From NCBI GenBank assembly GCA_018333655.1, contig JAGXTJ010000055.1, positions 169,721 to 233,720 of the forward strand: a DNA stretch of 64,000 bases, given 5' to 3'. The notes below the pieces were generated by a model. The model saw only the letters and a program-made list of their open reading frames with translations. It did not search any database and was not told the DNA's origin. Both the position numbers and the translations under genes were made by a program. This stretch comes from Bacillota bacterium. GTDB lineage: Bacteria; Bacillota; UBA994. Positions 16,416 through 24,431 of the stretch are shown piece after piece (the first letter of the stretch is position 1; each line of letters starts with the position of its first letter).

Positions 16416-19016
16416 ATGGCGATGGATGAAGTAATCCGAATCATCGGAGGGTCGGGCTTTACAGTAGCGCATGAACATCTGGCACACCCCCGGGCATCGC
16501 GCATGTTGCCTTGCCCTGAAGTGCATCATCTTATCGCCGAATATGTGGCGAAAACGTATTCGGGCCAGCTCTTCAGGCACCAGGCCCTAGCAGTACAAGC
16601 TGCCCTAAAGGGGCAGAATGTCGCCCTAGTTACAGGTACTGCCTCAGGTAAGACCCTGAGCTTTGCCATCCCAGTATTTGACGAGCTGCTTAGAAACAAG
16701 CAGTCAAGAGCCATGTTCTTTTATCCCACCAAAGCCCTAGCAGGCGATCAACTCAAGTCCCTGCAAGCGCTTGCGGCAGCTTTAGGAATGCCGGGAACTG
16801 TTTTTAGATTCGATGGAGACACCTCCACCGATGACCGCAAACGGGCGCTTACCAGTGGCCGGCTACTCCTGTGCACGCCAGATGTATTGCATACGACAAT
16901 GCTTAAACGCCATAAAGAAACTCTTTACCACGAGTTCTTCGCCAACCTGAGATCCATTGTGCTAGACGAATGCCACATTTACAGTGGCGCTTTCGGTAGC
17001 AACATGGCCTTTGTGCTCAGGCGTCTACGGCAGGTGTGTCAGTCCAAAAACTCACCCCTCCAGTGGTTCGCCGCCAGCGCCACCAGCTCAGACTCGGGCA
17101 ACCACCTCAAACTACTCACCTCGGAAACGTTCACTATCATCGACGAAGCGGAGAACGGCGCTCCCTCCGGAGGCAGAAGATACATCCTTGCTAATTGTGT
17201 GAATGAAGCTCAGGTTTCTTCCGTTAATCATCTCATTGCCACCTTGGCCACCGAAAAGAAGAAATTTATCGTCTTTTGTCAGTCGCGCCGACTTACTGAG
17301 CAGTTCTACCACGAACTGACCTCGGCTCACCCAGCAATTATGGGCACAGTGATGCCATATCGCTCGGGCTACGAACCAACAGATCGACAAGACATAGAAG
17401 ACTCCATACGAGACAACCGCCTGGTAGGCGTCATATCGACATCAGCACTTGAACTAGGCGTTGATCTGCCGGAGATGGAATATTGCATTCTCATTGGCCT
17501 GCCCACGACGGCAATTAGCCTTATGCAGCGCACTGGTCGCGTCGGTAGGAATCCGGGCCAGCAGGGCAAGGTTATCATTTTCCCCTCAGACAATGCTGTG
17601 GATGACTACTATCGTCGACACCCAGACAAGATCTACACACGCCCCTTGGAGAAACTAGTTCTACACATCGATAACCGTCAGTTGATCCTCTCGCATTTCG
17701 CTTGCGCCAGATATGAGAGTCAAAGTTTCGACAGCCCAGACCTCGACAGCAATATTTTTGGGCCAGATTTCGTAGAGTTGGCGTCTACTGTAAACAACCT
17801 CGATACCGTCGATGACATCCTAGTCAGCAGTGACCCACACTCAATGTTGGGGATTCGCGGAATCGGCGACCCCACGTATGAAATATACACTAGCGGTGGC
17901 GAAAAGCGCCTAGGCACTATAACTTGGTCACAAATACTTAGAGAGGCCTATCCTAAAGCTGTATACAGGCACATGGGCGAAGCCTACAGAGTAGAGCGCA
18001 TTCTATCCCGCGATTGCGTAGTCAAGGTCAAAAAAGAGAATCGCAACCATAGTACTTCCCCGGTAGGACACGTTTTTGTACGCGAACGCACTGGCGCGGG
18101 GGCAACGGTCTATAGGCGTGCAACATGGATAGACAAGGTTGAGCTCCTCCACACCAACATGGTTGCAACAACAGTAACAAGTGGCTTTAGAGAAAAGATT
18201 AACGGGCGATGGGTGCAAGAGAAGTATCAAGCACCTCTGCAACGTCGGGTTTTCTCTGAAGGTGTCTGGTTCAAACTGCTACCGGGCTTTGGCGAGGTCA
18301 CTCGGTCAGGTCTCAACACCTTTGTTCACGCGCTCTCCAGCGCATATGCCATATACATGCCGTGTGACACTGCTGAGTTAGCCACTCATTCTATGCGCAA
18401 ACCAGATGGCAGTTCTTGCATGTATGTATTTGATACCACTTCGGGGGGACTCGGTATCTCAGCAGGCCTCTTCGACTGCTTTCAACAGCTACTGCCTATG
18501 GTAGAGGAGAGGCTATCCACCTGTGGCCACTGCGATACCGACCGCTTCAATAGTGGTTGCCCTGCGTGCGTCCAAGGACCCCGTTGGTATGACGACAATG
18601 ACCACCTAAATAAGAGCGAGGCGCTTGCGATCCTGCGAAATCTCTGCAAAGTACTGTCCGCAGCAAATCCCGATATCATGGTCTCCTCTGCTTATCGTCA
18701 TCGTGAACAAGGTGGGCTAACCTCCATTTCTGACATGGGGAACGCCGAGATGCCCCAGAAATTCGGAGCCCCCGTTTATAATCGCGGCGCCGTCGTTCGC
18801 CTACCTTCTGGACTCGAAGGGACTGTATGTGAGGCATTCGACGAGGCCGGCCAAATGACCTATGTGCTTGAGCTGCCAAATGGGCGCCAAATCCGTATTC
18901 GCGACATGGGTCTCGTGCTCGTCTCTGGGGATCACCACCTGCGATGTGGTTGCTGCGGAAGTGAGTGTGCCCATGATACCCGCTACTGTCCAAACTGCAT
19001 GGCAGAAGTCGGATAG
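16416..19016 (+). CDS. DEAD/DEAH-box helicase with DUF1998 (MrfA/YprA-like), paralog 2, with extra C-terminal beta-rich + zinc-ribbon module
   Basis: Helicase motifs LFRHQALA, VTGTASGKTLSF, IVLDECHIYSG, ASATSS, QRTGRVGRN. DUF1998 signature YVFDTTSGGLGISAG and Cys cluster CGHC...GCPAC. Terminal CGCC...CPNC. Starts 9 nt after paralog 1, with a GGGAGG SD. Confidence 0.85.
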   Translation: MAMDEVIRIIGGSGFTVAHEHLAHPRASRMLPCPEVHHLIAEYVAKTYSGQLFRHQALAVQAALKGQNVALVTGTASGKTLSFAIPVFDELLRNKQSRAMFFYPTKALAGDQLKSLQALAAALGMPGTVFRFDGDTSTDDRKRALTSGRLLLCTPDVLHTTMLKRHKETLYHEFFANLRSIVLDECHIYSGAFGSNMAFVLRRLRQVCQSKNSPLQWFAASATSSDSGNHLKLLTSETFTIIDEAENGAPSGGRRYILANCVNEAQVSSVNHLIATLATEKKKFIVFCQSRRLTEQFYHELTSAHPAIMGTVMPYRSGYEPTDRQDIEDSIRDNRLVGVISTSALELGVDLPEMEYCILIGLPTTAISLMQRTGRVGRNPGQQGKVIIFPSDNAVDDYYRRHPDKIYTRPLEKLVLHIDNRQLILSHFACARYESQSFDSPDLDSNIFGPDFVELASTVNNLDTVDDILVSSDPHSMLGIRGIGDPTYEIYTSGGEKRLGTITWSQILREAYPKAVYRHMGEAYRVERILSRDCVVKVKKENRNHSTSPVGHVFVRERTGAGATVYRRATWIDKVELLHTNMVATTVTSGFREKINGRWVQEKYQAPLQRRVFSEGVWFKLLPGFGEVTRSGLNTFVHALSSAYAIYMPCDTAELATHSMRKPDGSSCMYVFDTTSGGLGISAGLFDCFQQLLPMVEERLSTCGHCDTDRFNSGCPACVQGPRWYDDNDHLNKSEALAILRNLCKVLSAANPDIMVSSAYRHREQGGLTSISDMGNAEMPQKFGAPVYNRGAVVRLPSGLEGTVCEAFDEAGQMTYVLELPNGRQIRIRDMGLVLVSGDHHLRCGCCGSECAHDTRYCPNCMAEVG

Positions 19017-19038
19017 AACTATTTAGCAAGAAGCTGCG

Positions 19039-21816
19039 CTACACCGATGGCGCATGGCACGCTGACGCCGTGATTATCTGCAGCAGTCGACTTTCCAAAC
19101 GCTCCTTTTCTCCGCTCGCATTAGTGGCAAATCGCAAAAGAGGTAAATCAATCTGCGCCAAAATCCTATCTTTGACTTGATCCCGCTCCAATTGCTTGGC
19201 AACTTGTTGGTGATATCTAAAGCCGTCCACTTCAATTGCCAAAACGGGCTCTTTATCCATTCTGTTATAAATGAGGAAATCCACATGAGAACAAGGGTGC
19301 GCAGCAAATCCTTGTTCTCGCTCATTTAGCCCCGCCATGTCCTTTACAATCATGGCCAACGGAACATGCAGCGCGACCTTAAACGAGGCAAATTCTTGCT
19401 TTGCCAGCACTTCCTCAACAAGCTCGTTAAATAAATTTTCTGACTGAAATTGCGATACCTTCTTTGTCTTGATAGCCCTCAGCTGCAGTAGCTCTGCATA
19501 CTCACTATATAGCATATCGAATACGGAGGCCTTCGTGCTTTCAACCGCTTGTCCACCCGCACTATTGTAAGTCATGTAGCGTATTAAATCTCCCAGATGT
19601 GTCCCGTGTTGCCGCGATATGTTGTCGGACGTGACGACTATAAACTTTTTCACCGCCCGCGAAACTGCAACATTTATCAAGTTGGGTTGATCAATAAAGT
19701 CGTTGACCTCATTAGACACCGTGGAAAAAACAATGATTTGTTTTTCTCGTCCTTGAAATTTATGGATTGTGTCTGCTTCTATCCCCTCAACAGCTACCAT
19801 TTTTCTTAACTCAGCAACATGGTCACGATAAGGCGCGATAAGGCCGACCTCGCTGCCGCCACATGACTCCACAGCGCTATCTCTTAACACTTCATCGCGT
19901 ACAACTTCGATCTGCCGAAGATTGTACCAACCAGTCCCTATCCTGCGTGCATGATTTCCTGGTGCTGTTCGATAGACCTGAAGCGCTTTCTCATCGCTAG
20001 CCGCATTAGTCATGACTATTAACTCATTATTGTAAAATTTCTCATTGCAATACCGGATTATCTGGGGTTGACAGCGGTAATGCTCTCGCAACAGCGTCCG
20101 GGCTACCCGTTGCTCGTACAGTGCCACCAAAGATGAAAGAATACTGTGCTTCGAAAAGTCATAAGCGCTACTTATCTGCAAAACTTGCCGCAGCTGATTG
20201 CTCTTGTGCTCCACATCCTGCGATACGATTTGCGGCAATTGTTTTAAATCCCCGACAATAACGGCCTTCTTGCAACAGGACATGGCTAAGGCGGCAGTGG
20301 CTAAATCGACCTGCGAAGCTTCATCTATTATAAGATAGTCGAAGATGAAGTTCTCTGCCATGCTGTTCCGAATGGAATGCGTTGTGCTTAAAATTACAGG
20401 ATAATGCTCCACGAAGGCGTGAAATTGAGCCTTGTACTCCTTAAGAAAAAACTCCCGCCTGCCGCGCTCCCTGTATCGCGTAGACAGGGCGGCACGAAAG
20501 ACGTCTACAGAAAGATTGATCGATTGCTGCATCAGGCTATCAAAATCCGTTGCGCGTAAACGTCCTTCTAATGCAGCGATCTTTTGCTTATGCTCCTGTA
20601 TGGTCCGTTCATAATACAAATGATTTAAGGAATACGTTATGGCGGGCTGCGCCTTCGTCAGTATTGCGAAGTTGTGTATTCCATAATAAAAGAATAGCCT
20701 AGCTCTATTTGGCCAACTCATTAAGCTTCCCTGCTCAATTAATTGGCGATATTCGACTAAAAACTCCAATATATTTCTCCCTAGCCAATGTCTCCGTAGC
20801 GAGAACATTTTAAGGGGAATTAGCTCACCGCCTTGCTCACTCAAAAAATGGCTCTGTTCCGTTTCTAACCTCGCAAGATGCTCTCGCACACTCGCCGATT
20901 CATTGCGTATTTTTAGAAGAGCGGCCACCTCTGGGACAGTTTTGCGAAGTCGATCTGCGCTTGTAGTTAAGTCCTTCTTCGTGCGATCCCAGGCAGACAA
21001 ATCTAGCGCACATCCCGTACTGCCCTCAAAAAAGCGTTTCTGATTTTCTTGATGGCCCAAAGATGCCGCAATGAAGTCATACCCATCTTTTTTTAGTTTC
21101 TCCATCACATTATCTATGGCCGCGTTATTGCTAGAGACCACTGCGACAGTTTGTCCGCGGCACACTGCATTGGCAATTATATTGAGTATGGTCTGTGTTT
21201 TGCCAGTTCCAGGTGGCCCCTCAATGATACTGATGGAATTGTTTAGGGCCTGCTCAACCGCCTTCTTTTGACTCAAGTTAAATCCAAATGGGAAAATGAC
21301 CTCTGAGACGTCTGCCGCTTTTTTTATTTTGGCAGCACTAAGATACGTAGCAAGCACGCTTTTAGGATTTATTCGCCCCATTTTCTGATATTGTTCCCCC
21401 AACAGCGATTGTCCTTGCTCTGTAACATTTAATTGCTGGGCGACTCCTGCAAGATATGTGAAAACTGTGCCCTCTTTTGACGCCGCCACACATATCTCAT
21501 GGTAGCTTACCCGATGGCGCGGTAGACAAGTGGTGGTCCCTTTTGAATTAATGACTCGAACGTATTCGCCAAAGTCGTCGACTCTGACAAGTTGTTCAGC
21601 CGGCACGTCGTCGATGCATACAATTGTGTCTGCTAGGTTGATTGGCTTAGGATTGCTCAGCACACGCACGCGATCCTGTGCATACTCGTATGGCTTGCTG
21701 CTGCCATAAAAAACTACGCGGACCCGCGCGCCAACAAATGTTATCTTTTGCACCTGGGCGCTTTTGTCCTCATATATATCTGTTGTGCTCGACTTTATAA
21801 GAATAAGACGATTCAC
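19039..21816 (-). CDS. SF1 (AAA_11/AAA_12-type) helicase with C-terminal DUF2726-like endonuclease domain
   Basis: Helicase motifs IIEGPPGTGKTQTI, YLIIDEASQV, VGDLKQLPQ, FQGREKQIIVFS, INVAVSRAVKKFIVV. C-terminal signature HVDFLIYNRMDKEPVLAIEVDGFRYH...RDQVKDRIL. Confidence 0.85.
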   Translation of the reverse strand: MNRLILIKSSTTDIYEDKSAQVQKITFVGARVRVVFYGSSKPYEYAQDRVRVLSNPKPINLADTIVCIDDVPAEQLVRVDDFGEYVRVINSKGTTTCLPRHRVSYHEICVAASKEGTVFTYLAGVAQQLNVTEQGQSLLGEQYQKMGRINPKSVLATYLSAAKIKKAADVSEVIFPFGFNLSQKKAVEQALNNSISIIEGPPGTGKTQTILNIIANAVCRGQTVAVVSSNNAAIDNVMEKLKKDGYDFIAASLGHQENQKRFFEGSTGCALDLSAWDRTKKDLTTSADRLRKTVPEVAALLKIRNESASVREHLARLETEQSHFLSEQGGELIPLKMFSLRRHWLGRNILEFLVEYRQLIEQGSLMSWPNRARLFFYYGIHNFAILTKAQPAITYSLNHLYYERTIQEHKQKIAALEGRLRATDFDSLMQQSINLSVDVFRAALSTRYRERGRREFFLKEYKAQFHAFVEHYPVILSTTHSIRNSMAENFIFDYLIIDEASQVDLATAALAMSCCKKAVIVGDLKQLPQIVSQDVEHKSNQLRQVLQISSAYDFSKHSILSSLVALYEQRVARTLLREHYRCQPQIIRYCNEKFYNNELIVMTNAASDEKALQVYRTAPGNHARRIGTGWYNLRQIEVVRDEVLRDSAVESCGGSEVGLIAPYRDHVAELRKMVAVEGIEADTIHKFQGREKQIIVFSTVSNEVNDFIDQPNLINVAVSRAVKKFIVVTSDNISRQHGTHLGDLIRYMTYNSAGGQAVESTKASVFDMLYSEYAELLQLRAIKTKKVSQFQSENLFNELVEEVLAKQEFASFKVALHVPLAMIVKDMAGLNEREQGFAAHPCSHVDFLIYNRMDKEPVLAIEVDGFRYHQQVAKQLERDQVKDRILAQIDLPLLRFATNASGEKERLESRLLQIITASACHAPSV

Positions 21817-21856
21817 TCTGCACCTCGCTCTCCTGTATCCTCCGCGTAATTACGCA

Positions 21857-22552
21857 CTACTTTGACCACAGCGCGGTAAGCTCTCCATACTTCGCGAGGG
21901 CGGCCTGGCCTAACTCAGTCAGCGAATATACCCCTCGCCCCATGCGCTGAAACCACCCGTAGACATTGCGATAGAGAGTGGCCCAAGTATTGGGATTCGT
22001 GGTGAATTTGCGTAGCTGCGCTGCTGTCAGTGGCCCATGAATGGATAAGAGGTAGGCCATGCGCAAGGCGTGCTCACGGTAGGCCGTCATAAGCTCTTGC
22101 CCAGTCGTGCCTGCCGTGTTTAGATCGAGACTACGCTCGGACGCTTCTGTGCCCATCGCCTTGCGGGCCTTGGCATTGCGCCGCCCCGTGAACGGCTGTG
22201 GAGACAGTGCCAGCTCTACATGCGGCGGACTGCACAAGGGATCAACTAACAATAACCCTAGCTCCAGTCTGCGCAAGAGCTGCAGCACTCCCCGCCAGCG
22301 ACCAGACCTCAGGCCGCGTTGCGGCCTAAACACGGCAACATAGACCGCGTCCGCTACTTGTTGACGCCTTGTGGCTTGAACTAAGGCATGGAGCCCTAAG
22401 GTCAGCTTAAGCTCTACGGCTACTAGTTCTTCTCCGCGCATGCACACAAGGTCGCAGTGCTTTACCTCTGTACGCACCACATAGCCCTGCCTCTGCCAGT
22501 ATTCCACTATCGGTGCGGAGAGGTCGCTTTCCTTCAGTTTGCTACGCATCAA
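21857..22552 (-). CDS. PD-(D/E)xK nuclease-fold + wHTH protein (DUF2161-like), copy 1
   Basis: N-terminal GYVVRTEVKHCDLVCMRGEELVAVELKL fits a D...E.K restriction-endonuclease-like core. About 87% aa identity (hand alignment) to the paralog at 37172-37903. Lies 40 nt upstream of the 19039-21816 helicase. Confidence 0.6.
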   Translation of the reverse strand: MMRSKLKESDLSAPIVEYWQRQGYVVRTEVKHCDLVCMRGEELVAVELKLTLGLHALVQATRRQQVADAVYVAVFRPQRGLRSGRWRGVLQLLRRLELGLLLVDPLCSPPHVELALSPQPFTGRRNAKARKAMGTEASERSLDLNTAGTTGQELMTAYREHALRMAYLLSIHGPLTAAQLRKFTTNPNTWATLYRNVYGWFQRMGRGVYSLTELGQAALAKYGELTALWSK

Positions 22553-22615
22553 ATCTCCCTTTCAGTCTAAGTTGTAAAAGAACAGGCAGACTCACACCTC
22601 ACATACTGAATGTGT

Positions 22616-22650
22616 CTCTCGTCAAGCAGCAGGCTCCGTCCCTAGCGCAA
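22616..22650 (+). repeat. Junction motif copy 1 (CTCTCGTCAAGCAGCAGGCTCCGTCCCTAGCGCAA)
   Basis: Read directly. The core CAAGCARCAGGCTCCGTCCCTAG recurs six times in the window. Its CTA supplies the stop codon of the amidase fragment. Confidence 0.8.
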
Positions 22651-22914
22651 GAGACTGGGGGGCTTGCGTAGCTCTGTCCCCTGTTCAAAACTATAGGCCA
22701 AGCGTATAAGTGTTGTTTCTTCGTATGCGCGGGCGGTAAAGGTAAGCCCTAAGGGCTTGCCCTCGGTAGTGTAACCTGCCGGCACAGTGATAGATGGATA
22801 GCCCGCCTTGGCGGCGATGGCCGCGGTAAAGATCGCATCGGGGTCTAGTTCAGCTATGCTGTTCAAACGTGGCCCGCTCTTGTCTAGCGCCGCAAAGATG
22901 CTAATTTCATGCAT
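22642..22914 (-). pseudogene. C-terminal fragment of an amidase-signature-family enzyme
   Basis: Only about 90 aa remain (AGYPSITVPAGYTTEGKPLGLTFTARAYEETTLIRLAYSFEQ), which is typical of amidase C-termini. The roughly 400 N-terminal residues are absent. Confidence 0.6.
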
Positions 22915-23036
22915 CGCTCATCCTCCTTCTCAGCTAGAATTTACCTCGCCACAAATACACCCCGTAATATTTCTCTGTGGATGCGCCATATCCCTTTGCT
23001 AAGATTATGGAGGGCAGATGGCCGCCAATTTAACAA

Positions 23037-23067
23037 GGGAGCAGACACATGATACATGTCCGCTCCC
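23037..23067 (-). terminator. Hairpin downstream of the PTPS/QueD-like gene
   Basis: GGGAGCAGACA...TGTCCGCTCCC imperfect inverted repeat, followed on the minus strand by a moderately T-rich tract. Confidence 0.4.
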
Positions 23068-23088
23068 TTGACTTAACTTAGCTATTTT

Positions 23089-23601
23089 TTACTTAAACTC
23101 TTTCGATGCTGCATTCATGGAAGATGAACGGAAAGTAATTTTTTTGATTGGCATCTTGTCTTTAAGAAGCTCGTAGAAGAGCTCACATAGATTCTCGCAA
23201 GTGGAGACTTTTTTAGTCACAACGACTCTGTACTCCGGATATGACCAGGCAAGAGCGTGGTCAATCTTTTTCAGCGGGATACAGTGCTCTGGATCATTGG
23301 TGATGCCTTCCTTTTTGTAGACAGCAAGGACGGCCTCAAGAAGTGGGTCGCCTTCTTGAAACAATGTTGCATGGTGGAAATGGTCGCAAACTTCCCATGC
23401 CTTTTTGACCCCATCTTTACAGGAGTGAGCAAAGCCAGTTACTGGGTCGACGGTGTCTTCAAGCTCTATCGTCAATAAGCCTGAGTGCCCATGCAGGTGC
23501 TTTGCCTCTCTCGGCCAGTTCATAAACCTATGTGCGTACTGGAAATCGAGGTTTACGATTGATGTGTACTTGTCGTTTGGCAAGTTAATGACCTCCTTCA
23601 T
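23089..23601 (-). CDS. 6-pyruvoyl-tetrahydropterin synthase / QueD-family protein
   Basis: FQYAHRF...HLHGHSGLLTIELED...CDHFHHATLF...TCENLCELFYELL matches the PTPS/QueD zinc-binding His pattern. Confidence 0.65.
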   Translation of the reverse strand: MKEVINLPNDKYTSIVNLDFQYAHRFMNWPREAKHLHGHSGLLTIELEDTVDPVTGFAHSCKDGVKKAWEVCDHFHHATLFQEGDPLLEAVLAVYKKEGITNDPEHCIPLKKIDHALAWSYPEYRVVVTKKVSTCENLCELFYELLKDKMPIKKITFRSSSMNAASKEFK

Positions 23602-23842
23602 TTTGTTTTCACTTATATTCGAAAGGCACCCGAGACAGATGCCTTCAAATATACCACTTGGTCATCGACATGAAATGTCTTCACTTCCGGAGCGTAGGTC
23701 AGGGAGGCTTGCTTCCTTTTTAGCTGCCACCCTGACGCGAGGCAATAATTACTAGACCGTATTTATTACTAGATTGTAATTATCACAACCTAAGTATATA
23801 CGTACAGAAGAAAAAAGCAATAGTGAGGTAAAAGATTCGAAG

Positions 23843-23899
23843 CAACAGGCAAGCAACAGGAACGAAGCAACAGGGACGGAGCCTGTTGCTTGCCTGTTG
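23843..23899 (-). terminator. Hairpin with perfect 18-bp arms, built from GCAACAGG repeats, downstream of SMI1 copy 1
   Basis: CAACAGGCAAGCAACAGG (23843-23860) is the exact reverse complement of CCTGTTGCTTGCCTGTTG (23882-23899). An alternative inner 8-bp stem is GCAACAGG/CCTGTTGC. Confidence 0.5.
23871..23892 (-). repeat. Junction motif copy (inverted orientation)
   Basis: CAGGGACGGAGCCTGTTGCTTG is the reverse complement of the core motif. Confidence 0.75.
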
Positions 23900-23914
23900 T
23901 AACATTTTCTGCCA

Positions 23915-24334
23915 CTAGAGAGCGTCTGCGTAGTATTTTTCTATTGCTTCGCGCAACCCATTGGCCTTAAAGACACGGTTGTCGTACTCGTGCTCCCACA
24001 TAAATATATCTGTCTCCTTCACGCCGTCTCCAGTGATAGGGTAACCAAAATAATCCCCGCATCCGTTACCCGCCACAAATAGCAAACAATCAAGCGGCAT
24101 CCAAGCGGTTACGCTGCGCAGCATGAGGTTGGTATCGATGATCTGCTGACAGGAGAACACGAAATAACTGTCCCCATCAAATTGCCGAAGCATCTCTACT
24201 AAATCGGACGGCAAACGAACACCTAGTGCTCTCTCGGCTGCTTGGATGTCGCGATTGGACGCCGGCGGGTTTAGTCTTACGTTCGGATTACCAGCCGAGA
24301 CCTTTTGCACAAATTGTCTCCACATCATTTTCAC
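23915..24334 (-). CDS. SMI1/KNR4 (SUKH-1) family immunity-type protein, copy 1
   Basis: AAERALGVRLPSDLVEMLRQFDGD...FVAGNGCGDYFGY is typical of SMI1/KNR4. Two close paralogs occur in the window. Confidence 0.8.
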   Translation of the reverse strand: MKMMWRQFVQKVSAGNPNVRLNPPASNRDIQAAERALGVRLPSDLVEMLRQFDGDSYFVFSCQQIIDTNLMLRSVTAWMPLDCLLFVAGNGCGDYFGYPITGDGVKETDIFMWEHEYDNRVFKANGLREAIEKYYADAL

Positions 24335-24431
24335 CTTACCCTTATGATTTCGCCCTCATTGGGTGGCGAAAGATACTGCGTTGTAGAGCATACATACCTT
24401 AACCCCTGATTTTTCGTCAGCGGACACGAAT

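Noticed and set aside
4794-19016. Calling the locus canonical class 1 DISARM
   Set aside because: No PLD-domain (drmC-like) ORF and no stand-alone DUF1998 (drmB-like) ORF are present. A full Type III Res with a PD-(D/E)xK tail and a DUF4391 gene are present instead. Only the ingredient list overlaps, so I report it as a hybrid or unclassified locus.
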